A stretch of DNA of 64,000 bases from Caldisericota bacterium (GCA_039793425.1 JBAMLT010000220.1:17701-81700), one strand, 5' to 3'; shown: positions 20,764 through 30,765, numbered from the stretch's first letter. The notes: generated by a model not told the origin, from the sequence alone. Numbers and translations are program-made.

Positions 20764-21588
20764 TTACTCCTCCTTTGTTATCTTTTCAATTAATTTTAAC
20801 TTATCCAAAGAAATATTTGCTAAAATTTTCGTTTCTTTAAGTAATTTAATGAAGCAGGATAAAATTTCCTTATCGCTTAATCTTAATTCAATTGCAATAT
20901 CTTTTAAACTTTTACTTCCATCTATTTTAAATAAAACTTTTTCAGAAATATTTCTTGGACCTGATAAGCCAAGAATAGAAAGAGTTTCTTTTACTGGAGA
21001 AATTACTCTTTTTGGAACAATTTTTGAAATATCTATCTCTTCTTCCTCTGTTGTTTTAAGTAAATTTAAAGTAAGTAGTAAATATATTGTTCTTAAAGTC
21101 ATAAATTCAGAAAATGTTGACATTTTTAAAGCATTTCTTATTGTTTTTTTATCCTTAAAAAGATTAAGTATCTGCCACTCTTCTGAACTTAATTTTATTT
21201 CTGAAGCATTAACTTTTGGATTTGTTTCTAAATATGTATCTAAATTTGGTAATTTTGATTGCAAACCTTTTATTTCATCTGCTCTTCTAATTCCTTCTAA
21301 AAGAAGAGTGTCAAGATTTTTATCTATTGTTTTTTCTCTTTTAAACTCCTTAACAGAAAAACTAAAAGTTCCTTCATCAATTAAAAAAATATTGTAAAAT
21401 GCTTCTTCTCCTTTTTTTATATCAGAACTGGCATCAACAATTTTGCCATTTAAAAAATATATTTCTCCATTTAAATCTTCTTTATTTTTTTTACCAGTTA
21501 TTTTTAAAATTCCTGTTTTCCCTCCAAATGAGAGAAGGTTTAAAACATCTACTAATGGAAAATCTTTAATATTACCTTCAACGTCCAT
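20764..21588 (-). CDS. DUF4388 domain-containing protein
   Basis: N-terminal motif DFPLVDVLNLLSFGGKTGILKI matches the DUF4388 signature (F-x-L-x-D-x-L-Q-L-x-x-x-x-KTG-x-L). Confidence 0.5.
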   Translation of the reverse strand: MDVEGNIKDFPLVDVLNLLSFGGKTGILKITGKKNKEDLNGEIYFLNGKIVDASSDIKKGEEAFYNIFLIDEGTFSFSVKEFKREKTIDKNLDTLLLEGIRRADEIKGLQSKLPNLDTYLETNPKVNASEIKLSSEEWQILNLFKDKKTIRNALKMSTFSEFMTLRTIYLLLTLNLLKTTEEEEIDISKIVPKRVISPVKETLSILGLSGPRNISEKVLFKIDGSKSLKDIAIELRLSDKEILSCFIKLLKETKILANISLDKLKLIEKITKEE

Positions 21589-21643
21589 TTTTTTCTCCTT
21601 TAAATCATAATAACAACTTTTGTTTTATTTTCAATATATAATA

Positions 21644-22060
21644 CTATTTTTTAATTATTTCTTGAATTTTTGGTCTAAAAAAGATATATTTTTGAAAAAT
21701 TTTTGTTATAAATAGAGCAATTATTAAAAATAAGAAACTAAAAATTATTGAACTTATATTAACTCCTTTATAAAAAATTTTTTTTAAGTAGAATTCTCCT
21801 AAGATAGCACCAATAAACATAAAGATTATTGGAATTATATATATAACAAAGGTCGAAAATATATAATTTTTTGCAGGAACTTCAATAAGGACAAGGTCCC
21901 CTGGTTTTGCATCAACTACATTATCAGCCTCAATTATTTTGTCTCTTTCTCTATGAAAAAAACACTTCTCTCTACTTATACAACTATCACAAAATTCTCC
22001 GCCAACTTCAACTACTGATAAATTTTTTTTATTTTCTAATATCTTTCCAATCTCTTTCAT
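21644..22060 (-). CDS. RseC/MucC-family protein (sigma-E positive regulator / SoxR-reducing system component-like)
   Basis: N-terminal Cys cluster CDSCISREKC, AKPGDLVLIEVP motif, two C-terminal TM helices; architecture of PF04246. Confidence 0.55.
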   Translation of the reverse strand: MKEIGKILENKKNLSVVEVGGEFCDSCISREKCFFHRERDKIIEADNVVDAKPGDLVLIEVPAKNYIFSTFVIYIIPIIFMFIGAILGEFYLKKIFYKGVNISSIIFSFLFLIIALFITKIFQKYIFFRPKIQEIIKK

Positions 22061-22070
22061 ATAAAATTCC

Positions 22071-22232
22071 CCCAGAGCTACGTGAGTCAGGATAGGTTTG
22101 AACCTGCATCCATGCAGGTGGGGTTCTCATCTATAATTCTCCATCCCGGAGTAAATCATAGATTTTTTTTGAGCCCCATTTTTTTAGGTGTTGGCCCAAC
22201 CCACCCATTATCCCACGTATGCTCCAGGGTCA
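22071..22232 (-). promoter_or_regulatory. GC-rich structured 5' leader of rseC-like gene; candidate riboswitch with TPP (THI-box)-like motifs
   Basis: Strongly GC-enriched island in a 28% GC genome. Minus-strand read: GGGGCUC, a 14-bp interrupted hairpin (AUCUAUGAUUUACUCC-GGGAU-GGAGAAUUAUAGAU), UGAGA-ACCCC, perfect hairpin CCUGCA-UGGA-UGCAGG, CAGGUUCAAACCU, CGUAG, then GGGGG RBS 9 nt from the ATG. Confidence 0.4.
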
Positions 22233-22286
22233 ATTTAATATTATCACAAATTTTATAAAATATATTATGAATTTTAATATTATAAA

Positions 22287-23501
22287 TTATTCATATTTAA
22301 AAATTAGAGAAGCAATTAAAAGTGAACCTATCGCATATAAAATAAGAATTGTAAAATTTGGCATAATTTCATTTATTCCAAATCCTCTTAAAATTATCTT
22401 ATTAAAGCCATTTATTGCCCAGTATTGAGGAGTTAATTTTCCGATATTTTGAAGATATTTTGGCATAATTTCAAGTGGCCACCAAGCACCACCTAACATA
22501 CTTGTTGTAAAAGATATTAAAACAGAAAAGGCTCCTGCCTGTGAAGAAGTTTTAACTATAGAAGAAAGAATGGTTCCAAGTCCAACAGCAGATAATGTAA
22601 ATGATATTGCAATTAATAATACTAAAGTAGGAGAATTTCCCCAATTTACTCTTAAAATAAATTGACCAAAAAATATTATAAATAAAAATTGAACTATGCT
22701 TACACAAAAAACTCCAAAAAGTTTTCCTGTTAAAATTGCTAATTTAGTTATAGGAGTAGTTAATAATCTTGCTAAAATATTAGTCTCTCTTTCTTCAGCT
22801 ATAACAACTGCTGTAAAAAATGCTCCAATCATTACAAACATCACTCCGAAACCAGGAGATGTTGCATTAAATCCACTTGGTAAAACTAAATTTTCTTTTT
22901 GAGTTGAAATAACTTCATATTCAACACTTATTATATTTTTTGATGTTAGTTTTGATATTGCATCATAAAAACTATATTCAAAATATCTTTTTTTATCTAA
23001 ATCATTTAAAATTATTCTCTTTTCAATATTTTTCAGAATAAAATGACCTGTTAAAGAACAAATATTAATCTGATTTGTAATTTTCTTTATAAGTTCTTCG
23101 ATATAATAACTACTGTATCTTGTTGATTTATAAACATCAACAGTTACTTCATTATCATTTAAAATTGAGTTAGAAAAGTTTTCAGGAATATATATTAAGA
23201 CTGCTATCTTTGTGTCTTTTACCATATTTATTGTTTCTTCAAACTCTTCTTCAGAATATAAAATAATATTTAACTCTTCTTCATTTTTCATTATATCTTG
23301 ATATATATTTCCGTAAGAACCTTTATCAGAGTTAATAATTGCAACTGGAACTTTACTTGAACCACTGCTTCCAAAATTAGATACTGCACCAAGTAGTGTT
23401 GTCCATATAATAGGCATAACAAATAACCATAGGATTGTGGATTTATCTTTAAATGAAATTTTAAGTAAATTCGAAGCAACTAAAATTATTTTCCTAATCA
23501 T
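22287..23501 (-). CDS. ABC-2 type transporter permease
   Basis: 404 aa; N-terminal TM, about 190-aa extracytoplasmic loop, C-terminal TM bundle. Confidence 0.6.
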   Translation of the reverse strand: MIRKIILVASNLLKISFKDKSTILWLFVMPIIWTTLLGAVSNFGSSGSSKVPVAIINSDKGSYGNIYQDIMKNEEELNIILYSEEEFEETINMVKDTKIAVLIYIPENFSNSILNDNEVTVDVYKSTRYSSYYIEELIKKITNQINICSLTGHFILKNIEKRIILNDLDKKRYFEYSFYDAISKLTSKNIISVEYEVISTQKENLVLPSGFNATSPGFGVMFVMIGAFFTAVVIAEERETNILARLLTTPITKLAILTGKLFGVFCVSIVQFLFIIFFGQFILRVNWGNSPTLVLLIAISFTLSAVGLGTILSSIVKTSSQAGAFSVLISFTTSMLGGAWWPLEIMPKYLQNIGKLTPQYWAINGFNKIILRGFGINEIMPNFTILILYAIGSLLIASLIFKYE

Positions 23502-24721
23502 TTCTTTTTTCCTTCAATCTGAAAATAGTTAATCCAGTAAGATAAAAAATAATTGTCATCAAAAATAAAATAGAAGCATAAGGTAGAATATCTATTAAAT
23601 TTCCTTTATCAAACATTAATTTAAAAAATCCATCAATTGCCCATCTATTTGGTGTGAATTTACTAATTGTATTGAGCCATGGAGGAAAGGTAAGAATTGG
23701 AAACATACATCCTCCAGTAAATCCAAGAATTAATGATACAGCAGGACCTATTGAAGCAATTTGACCTTCTGACTTCATTAAAGATGCGAGAAATATTGAT
23801 AATCCTGAAAAACATAAAACAGAAGAAAGTACCATAACAATAAGACCATAAAATGAATTTCCCCAATTAACTTTATATGCAAATTTTGTTATTAAAATTA
23901 TTAAAATAAATTGAGTAAGTGTTAAAAGAAAAACTCCAAATATTTTTCCTAAGAATATGTAATTTTCTTTTAATGGCATGATAAATAATCTTTGATAAGT
24001 TCCTTTTCTTTTTTCTTCAAATATTGACTCAGTTCCATTATTCGCTGCAAAAAGAAGATACATAACACCCATTCCTACAGCATAATAATCCATAGCAACA
24101 ATTGTTCTTGATTCTTCACTTTTCTCATTAAGAAATTTAATTTCAACTTTTGATTTTAAATTTTCAATCTCTTTTGACCATTCATTAATAAGATAATTTA
24201 AATTTTCTTTTTTTATTAAATTTTCTTTTAAAAGAGTTTTTGCTGTGATATCAATAACAACACTTCTTTTTAAAACTTCAAGAGCAAAGGTATCAACAAT
24301 ATTTTTTATAACACTTGCTTTAATCACCTGTTCAGGATCAGCTAAAACTATTATTTTATCATCTTTACCACTTGTTATGTTTTTTTGTGAAATCTTTATT
24401 AATAATTATTCCTGCTGCATATTTACCTTTTGATATGCTTTCTCTTAATTCATTTTCATCATTAAGAAAAACTAAATTAACAATTTTTGATAATTCTTGT
24501 GACTTTAGAACTTCTTTTATCAAAATATCTGAAATATAATCATTGTCTAAATCTACAACCGCTGTATCAATAATAAATGGTTTCGAGGTCCAGAGTGGTT
24601 GAAATACGAGTCCAAGTATAAAAATTAAAATTAAAGGCATTAATAATATTCCTATAAAAGCATTAAAATCTCTACTTCTAATTTTAAGATCTTTAAAACC
24701 AATGAGAAATATTTTTTTCAT
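23494..24721 (-). pseudogene. ABC-2 type transporter permease split by a 1-nt frameshift in an A7/T7 homopolymer (24380-24386)
   Basis: ORFs 24365-24721 (N-terminal TM plus loop) and 23494-24327 (loop plus C-terminal TMs) are two halves of one permease; deleting one A of the A7 run gives a continuous about 395-aa protein (…KDFTKNITSGKDDKIIVLADPEQVIKASVIKNIV…). Confidence 0.55.
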
Positions 24722-24723
24722 AT

Positions 24724-25662
24724 CTAATCCCTTAAAGTTTTTCCAGTTAGACTTAAAAAAAGTGTTTCAAGGTCTGGCTCTTTTATCTCAACAGATTTAA
24801 TTCTTATACCTTCATCCCATAATATCTTAGTAACTTCGGGTAGGATTTTTCTACCCTTAAATGTTAGAATCTCCAAACTTTTATTAGATATATTTACTTT
24901 ATCAACTTCCTCTATTTTTGATACCCTATCTTTAATATCTTCTTTAATATCATTTATTGTAGTAAATATTATTTTATCTTTTTCTCCAACAAGAATTCTT
25001 AACTTATTTAAACTTCCAAGAGCAATTATTTTTCCCAAATCCATTATTGCTATTGTATGACATAGAAATTCAACTTCTTCCATATAGTGACTTGTATATA
25101 AAATTGTAAGCCCATTATTATTCAAATTTTTAAGTGTCTCGAGTATATTTATTCTACTCTGAGGATCAACTCCCACGGTTGGTTCATCAAGTATAAGTAA
25201 TTCTGGAGAAGGAAGAAGACCAACTGCAATATTTATTCTTCTTTTCATACCACCTGAATATTTTTTTATTAATTCATTCTGCCTATCTTTTAAACTAACA
25301 ATTTCTAAAACCTCATCAACCTTTCTCTTTAAATTTTTTCCATAAAGTCCGTACATCTGGCCCCAGAAAATCAAATTTTCTCTTGCCGAAAGAGTTCCAT
25401 ATAAAGCAATCTCCTGAGGAACAACTCCAATTCTTTTTTTAACCTCTAAACTATCTTTTAAAATAGAAAAACCACATATAGTTGCGTCACCGCTTGTTGG
25501 CTTTATTAAACATGAAAGCATTGATACTGTAGTAGTTTTACCAGCACCATTTGGACCCAAAAGACCAAAAATTTCTCCCTTTTTTATAACAAAATTGATA
25601 TTATCGACTGCTTTATTTTTATCATAAAACTTTGTTAAATCTTTTGTTTCAACAATATTCAT
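24724..25662 (-). CDS. ABC transporter ATP-binding protein (ABC-2/DrrA-like)
   Basis: Walker A GPNGAGKTTT, signature YSGGMKRR, Walker B LILDEPT. Confidence 0.85.
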   Translation of the reverse strand: MNIVETKDLTKFYDKNKAVDNINFVIKKGEIFGLLGPNGAGKTTTVSMLSCLIKPTSGDATICGFSILKDSLEVKKRIGVVPQEIALYGTLSARENLIFWGQMYGLYGKNLKRKVDEVLEIVSLKDRQNELIKKYSGGMKRRINIAVGLLPSPELLILDEPTVGVDPQSRINILETLKNLNNNGLTILYTSHYMEEVEFLCHTIAIMDLGKIIALGSLNKLRILVGEKDKIIFTTINDIKEDIKDRVSKIEEVDKVNISNKSLEILTFKGRKILPEVTKILWDEGIRIKSVEIKEPDLETLFLSLTGKTLRD

Positions 25663-25705
25663 TTATCCTCCCTTAAAATTCTTAATAGAATAAAGAATAC
25701 AATTT

Positions 25706-25921
25706 CTATTCAGGTGTTTCAAAATTTTCTAACAATTCTTTTGCAAGTTCGAATTTTTCTTCTTCAATAAAAAGGTCTCTTGGACCTGTGCTTCCAAGAT
25801 ATGGATTATCAAACCATTTTGTTCTTTTTATGACAACAGGAATGCCCTCTTTTTCAAGAAAATCTTTGATTACCTCTGCTAAAAAAAGATTCTCAACAGT
25901 AATCAATTTTTTTAAGTTCAT
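25706..25921 (-). CDS. small DUF2007-like protein (putative signal-transducing protein fold)
   Basis: 71 aa; pattern L-x-T-V-x-N-x-x-x-A-E-x-I-K-x-x-L-E-x-E-G-I-P resembles DUF2007. Confidence 0.4.
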   Translation of the reverse strand: MNLKKLITVENLFLAEVIKDFLEKEGIPVVIKRTKWFDNPYLGSTGPRDLFIEEEKFELAKELLENFETPE

Positions 25922-26901
25922 AGATAATCTAACCCCATTAATTTTTTAACTCCATTTAAAGTATCTTCAGATATTTTTTTAACTTTTTTCCCTCCTTCTT
26001 TTAAAATATCCCATATAGTATCTTTACTCTTTTCGAGTTCACTTTTTTTATCTCTATAACTTTCAAAAAGTTCATATATTTTCATTGCAATCTCTTTTTT
26101 ACATTGAACACAGCCCCTCTCTCCTTTTATACACTCTTTTTTTACAATTTCTTCTTTTTCTTTTTCAAAATATCCATAATAGGTAAAAACAGAGCAGATA
26201 TCAGGGTGACCTGGATCGTTTTTTCTTACTTTTGCTGGGTCTGTAACCATCTGTGAAATTTTATTAATCATCTCTTCTTGACTATCTGATAAATTTATCT
26301 GATTATTCAATGATTTACTCATCTTTCTTCCATCAGTTCCCAGTATTATCGGTGTTTCAGTTAGAAGTGGCTGTGGTTCAGGAAAATATTCACCATAAAG
26401 ATAGTTAAACCTTCTTGCAAGTTCTCTACTGAATTCAAGATGTGGAAGTTGGTCTTTACCAACAGGAACATATTCACCTTTAACTATAAGAATATCGGCA
26501 CTCTGAAGAACAGGGTAACCAAGAAGTCCATATCCAACATTTTCTTTTAAATCAAGGTCTCTTATCATCTCCTTAACAGTTGGATTTCTTTCAAGCCATG
26601 GCATTGGAACAATCATTGAAAAAATAAGATGAAGAATAGGAATTTCAACTATACTTGATTGTAAATATATTGTTGATTTATTATAATCTAGTCCCATTGA
26701 AAACCAATCAAGAGCCATTTCATAAATGTTATCTCTAATCTCTTTTGACTGTTCATATTTTGTTGTTAAAGCATGGTAATCAACTATAAAATAAAAACAC
26801 TCATATTTACCCTGAAGTTCAATCCAGTTTTTTAAAGCACCAAAATAATTTCCAAGATGTAGTTTTCCAGTTGGTCTCATACCAGAAGAAACTCTTTTCA
26901 T
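25918..26901 (-). CDS. trpS: tryptophanyl-tRNA synthetase
   Basis: Class I HIGH-type motif (GKLHLGNYFG) and KMSKS motif. Confidence 0.9.
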   Translation of the reverse strand: MKRVSSGMRPTGKLHLGNYFGALKNWIELQGKYECFYFIVDYHALTTKYEQSKEIRDNIYEMALDWFSMGLDYNKSTIYLQSSIVEIPILHLIFSMIVPMPWLERNPTVKEMIRDLDLKENVGYGLLGYPVLQSADILIVKGEYVPVGKDQLPHLEFSRELARRFNYLYGEYFPEPQPLLTETPIILGTDGRKMSKSLNNQINLSDSQEEMINKISQMVTDPAKVRKNDPGHPDICSVFTYYGYFEKEKEEIVKKECIKGERGCVQCKKEIAMKIYELFESYRDKKSELEKSKDTIWDILKEGGKKVKKISEDTLNGVKKLMGLDYL

Positions 26902-28355
26902 TATTCCTCCTTAGTTCTCAATTGAGGGAATAAAATAACTTCTCTTATTGAATCTTTATCAGTTAATAACATGGTTAATCTATCGATACCAATGCCAAGT
27001 CCACCTGTTGGTGGCATACCATATTCAAGTGCCTCAATATAATCAGAATCAAAATAGTGTGACTCATCATCACCTTTTTCTTTCTCTTTAACTTCATTAA
27101 GAAATCTTTCCTTTTGATCCAAAGGGTCGTTAAGTTCTGAAAAAGCATTTGCAATTTCTATTCCTTTAACAAATATTTCAAATCTTTCAACCCATTTTTC
27201 ATCATCTCTCTTCTTTTTTGCAAGAGGTGACATCTCGATAGGAAAATCATAAACAATTGTTGGGTCTAAAAGATTTTTCTCAACTTTTTCTTTAAAAATT
27301 TCATCTATTATATTTTTAAAAGTTGGTTTTCTTGTTAATTCTATATTTTCTTTTTTTAGGTACTCTAAAGCAAAATTAGTATCTCTAAATTTATCAAAAT
27401 TTTCTTTTGTTTTTTCTTCAAAAATTTTTTTAAAGGATTCTCTTTTGAATGGTGGCTCAAAATTTATCTCATCTTTTCCATTTTTTATAATGTATGAATT
27501 GTTTATGGTTAAAACAACATTTGACAAAAGATTTTCAGTTAAAACCATAATGTCTTTATAATCAGCATAAGCAAGATAGAGTTCAAGCATTGTAAATTCT
27601 GGATTATGTATAGTTGAGATACCTTCGTTTCTAAAATTTCTATTAATTTCATATACTTTTTCAAAACCACCAACTATTAATCTTTTAAGATATAATTCTG
27701 GAGCAATCCTTAAATATAAATTTTGATTTAGTGCATTATGAAAGGTAATAAATGGCTTTGCAGTTGCTCCGCCTGGTATTGGCTGAAGCATGGGAGTTTC
27801 AACTTCTATAAACCCTAAGTTATTTAGATAATCTCTAATAATTTTTATAATTAAACTTCTTTTGATAAAAATATCGATAATATCTGGATTAGCGATTAAA
27901 TCAAGATATCTTTTCCTATATCTTACTTCAACATCTTTAATTCCATGATATTTTTCTGGAAGAGGAGATAATGATTTTGTTAAAAGTTGTAATTTTTTTG
28001 CATTAACAGTAACTTCTCCTGTGTGAGTTTTAAAAACATCACCTTCAATACCAATAAAGTCACCTGGATCGATAAATTTTTTAAAAAAGTTGTAATCTTC
28101 TTCGCCAAGATTATTTAAACTTAAATAAATTTGAAGATTTCCAGTAAAGTCTCTTATTGTGATGAAACTTGCTTTTCCATGAAATCTTTCAGAAATGACT
28201 CTTCCAGAAACTTTTACTTCTTTATTTTCAAGTTGAATAAAATTATCTTTTATTTCTTTTGCAGTATGAGTTCTATTAAAATTATATTCAAATGGATTAT
28301 AACCTTTTTCTCTAAGTTCTTTTAATTTCTGTAATCTAATTTCTCTTTCTTCCAT
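26901..28355 (-). CDS. lysS: lysyl-tRNA synthetase (class II)
   Basis: 484 aa; N-terminal OB anticodon-binding domain plus class II catalytic motifs ([33 protein letters not shown]). Confidence 0.9.
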   Translation of the reverse strand: MEEREIRLQKLKELREKGYNPFEYNFNRTHTAKEIKDNFIQLENKEVKVSGRVISERFHGKASFITIRDFTGNLQIYLSLNNLGEEDYNFFKKFIDPGDFIGIEGDVFKTHTGEVTVNAKKLQLLTKSLSPLPEKYHGIKDVEVRYRKRYLDLIANPDIIDIFIKRSLIIKIIRDYLNNLGFIEVETPMLQPIPGGATAKPFITFHNALNQNLYLRIAPELYLKRLIVGGFEKVYEINRNFRNEGISTIHNPEFTMLELYLAYADYKDIMVLTENLLSNVVLTINNSYIIKNGKDEINFEPPFKRESFKKIFEEKTKENFDKFRDTNFALEYLKKENIELTRKPTFKNIIDEIFKEKVEKNLLDPTIVYDFPIEMSPLAKKKRDDEKWVERFEIFVKGIEIANAFSELNDPLDQKERFLNEVKEKEKGDDESHYFDSDYIEALEYGMPPTGGLGIGIDRLTMLLTDKDSIREVILFPQLRTKEE

Positions 28356-28357
28356 AT

Positions 28358-28888
28358 CTATTTCTCTATATTCATTATCTTAATTAAGATCTCTCCTTTA
28401 GGTGTTTTAACCTTAACAACATCTCCTTTTCTTTTTCCAAGAATTGCCTCACCTATTGGAGATTCATTCGAAATTTTATTAGTTTCAGGATCTCCTTCAA
28501 CAGAACTAACAAGCATAAATTCAAGCACTTCTTCACTCTTATCGCTTAAGTTTTTTATTAAAATTTTAACTCTACTTCCGATACCAACAGCAACTTTTGA
28601 AATTTTTTCAGTATCAATAACTATCGCTTTTGAAAGAAGATCCTCAAGTTCCATTATTCTACTTTCAATTAATGCCTGTTCCTTTTTTGTTTCTTCATAT
28701 TCCGCATTTTCAGTGAGTTCACCAAAGGATTGAACTGCATTTTCAAGTTTTTCTGCAATCTCAAGTCTCTTTTGATTTTTTAAATATTCAAGTTCATCCT
28801 CAAGTTTCTTTAAACCGTCTTTTGTTAAATATACTTTATCGCTTTTTGGTTTTATAACCTTTTCTTCTTTATCGCTTTTACTTACCAT
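28358..28888 (-). CDS. greA: transcription elongation factor GreA
   Basis: 176 aa; coiled-coil N-terminus and FKBP-like C-terminal domain; conserved DLSENAEY-type motif (ELTENAEY). Confidence 0.85.
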   Translation of the reverse strand: MVSKSDKEEKVIKPKSDKVYLTKDGLKKLEDELEYLKNQKRLEIAEKLENAVQSFGELTENAEYEETKKEQALIESRIMELEDLLSKAIVIDTEKISKVAVGIGSRVKILIKNLSDKSEEVLEFMLVSSVEGDPETNKISNESPIGEAILGKRKGDVVKVKTPKGEILIKIMNIEK

Positions 28889-28897
28889 TGTTCCTCC

Positions 28898-29794
28898 TTA
28901 TAATTCAATGATATTTGGTTTTATATTTAATTCATCAATCAATCTATAATAATCTTCTTCTTTTAGTTCCTCAGGTCTTTTTTCTGTATAAGCACATATT
29001 AAAGCTTCCATAACATTTGTTCCAAAAGTTCTTCCATCAAATTCAGGTGTTGTTGTTATAACAAATTTAATACCTCTCTTTTTTAAAAATTCTCTATCTT
29101 CAAGTGTTGTTGTATTTGTAAATATTATTTTACCAGATAAATCTTCAGGCATATGTTTTTTCATATAAAGAAAATCTCCAGCAATTACATCTGCCCATTT
29201 GTAATATTTTTCATATTTAGGAACAACCTCTTCCTGTGATTTTCCAGTAGGATATAACATATCATATGGTAAATTTTTAGCTATTGGAACAAGAATAGTT
29301 GCAACAAAGAGGAAAAGTTTATGACCATATAAAGGAATTGGTATTCCAAGAGAAAACATTAAATCTCCAAATAAAATTTTACAACCAACCTCAACAAATC
29401 CTTCAACAGAACCATACCTACTTACACCTGAAATAACAAGAACTTTTGTATTTTTATCTATTAAACCCTTATCTTTCATAAAAAGTACACTCTTTTTTTC
29501 AAGAGTATCTTTAAGATATTGACCATCACAAACAGGTGTAATTTTTGCATATTTTGTAATTTTCTCTATTGATTTTAATGTAGTTCTTCTTTTTCCGACG
29601 CTTATATATAAATCTGCTCCTCCAAGTCCAAAAGCATCAACTTTACCATCAAGTTCTTTAAAAAGTTCTACCATTTTTTCTTTACTACCATCAGTACCAA
29701 TTCTTTCAAGTATAAATTTTTCATTTAAAATTTCAACCTCAACCTTTTTATCTCTTTTTGATGAACCAAGACTTATACTAACAACCCTTTTCAT
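28898..29794 (-). CDS. conserved hypothetical protein (family sometimes annotated quinate/shikimate 5-dehydrogenase-like; function unverified)
   Basis: 298 aa soluble protein, N-terminal SISLGSSKRD motif; no catalytic motif recognised. Confidence 0.3.
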   Translation of the reverse strand: MKRVVSISLGSSKRDKKVEVEILNEKFILERIGTDGSKEKMVELFKELDGKVDAFGLGGADLYISVGKRRTTLKSIEKITKYAKITPVCDGQYLKDTLEKKSVLFMKDKGLIDKNTKVLVISGVSRYGSVEGFVEVGCKILFGDLMFSLGIPIPLYGHKLFLFVATILVPIAKNLPYDMLYPTGKSQEEVVPKYEKYYKWADVIAGDFLYMKKHMPEDLSGKIIFTNTTTLEDREFLKKRGIKFVITTTPEFDGRTFGTNVMEALICAYTEKRPEELKEEDYYRLIDELNIKPNIIEL

Positions 29795-29810
29795 ATATCA
29801 CCTCTTTTAA

Positions 29811-30758
29811 TCATAAAAATCTAAAATTATTTATTAACTTTATAAGTTCTTTTATTGATTTTACTCCATTTAATAATTTATTCAACTTATTAATACCTGG
29901 ATATCCTTTAAGATAATATGGAATATGTATCTTCATCTGTTTTAAAGCGAATTGTTCACCATATAAATTCATCAAAATTTCTAAATGTTCTTTAATTATT
30001 TCAATCTTTTTTTCTAATGGAACTTTTAAAGGTAATTTTCCATAAATTAAATAATTTTTAATCTCATTAAAAATCCATGGATTACCTATTGCTTTTCTTC
30101 CAATCATTATCCCATCGCAATTTGTTATTTCGAATACCTCTTTTGCTTTGAAATGGTCTTTAACCTCTCCACTATGTATGACTGGAATTTTTATTTTATC
30201 TTTCAATTTTTTTGTTATCTCAATATTAACATCTCCTGAGAATCTATCATTAACACTTCTTGGATGTATCGTCAAATATGAAACCTTTAATTCTTCACAT
30301 ATTTCACCAATTCTTTCAAAAGTTAAATTATCTTTAGTAAATCCACTTCTTATTTTTACACTTACAGGAACTTTACTAACTTTTACAACTTTTTCAATTA
30401 TTTTTTTTATTTTCTCAACTTCTTTTAACAAAAATCCACCACTTCTACTATTTAAAATCTTATTGGATGGACAGGCGAAATTAATATCTATAACATCTGC
30501 GAAATCATTCAAAATTTCAGTTACCTTTTCAAACTTATCTTCATCCTCCCCAAAAATTTGAATTGCTATTGGCCTTTCATCTGGTAATATTTTAAAATTA
30601 AGTCCACTATTTTTTATTATATTATAAATTGAAATCATGCCTGTATAGGTTAAATTTGCTCCATATCTTTTTGAGAGAATCCTCATACCATTATCTGAAA
30701 AATTGGAAAGTGGTGCAAGAATTAAAAATGGATAAGATATTTTTATGTTTTTTGTCAT
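29811..30758 (-). CDS. dus: tRNA-dihydrouridine synthase (Dus family TIM-barrel flavoenzyme)
   Basis: IAIQIFGEDEDKF...DINFACPSNKI motif arrangement typical of Dus/NifR3. Confidence 0.7.
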   Translation of the reverse strand: MTKNIKISYPFLILAPLSNFSDNGMRILSKRYGANLTYTGMISIYNIIKNSGLNFKILPDERPIAIQIFGEDEDKFEKVTEILNDFADVIDINFACPSNKILNSRSGGFLLKEVEKIKKIIEKVVKVSKVPVSVKIRSGFTKDNLTFERIGEICEELKVSYLTIHPRSVNDRFSGDVNIEITKKLKDKIKIPVIHSGEVKDHFKAKEVFEITNCDGIMIGRKAIGNPWIFNEIKNYLIYGKLPLKVPLEKKIEIIKEHLEILMNLYGEQFALKQMKIHIPYYLKGYPGINKLNKLLNGVKSIKELIKLINNFRFL

Positions 30759-30765
30759 AATTTAA

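Noticed and set aside
22071-22232. Possible tRNA, tmRNA, SRP RNA or RNase P RNA in the GC-rich island
   Set aside because: Neither strand has a tRNA cloverleaf (acceptor complementarity, T-loop GTTCRANYC), the tmRNA tag ORF or 3' tRNA-like end, the SRP domain-IV motif GUCAGGUCCGGAAGGAAGCAGC, or the RNase P motif GGAAAGUCCGG. The length (about 160 nt) and position directly before an RBS fit a cis-regulatory leader better.
25663-25705. AT-rich inverted repeat AATAGAA-N13-TTCTATT between the DUF2007 gene and the ABC ATPase gene
   Set aside because: The stem is weak (A/T only) and has no U-run; most likely chance in an AT-rich spacer rather than a terminator or operator.
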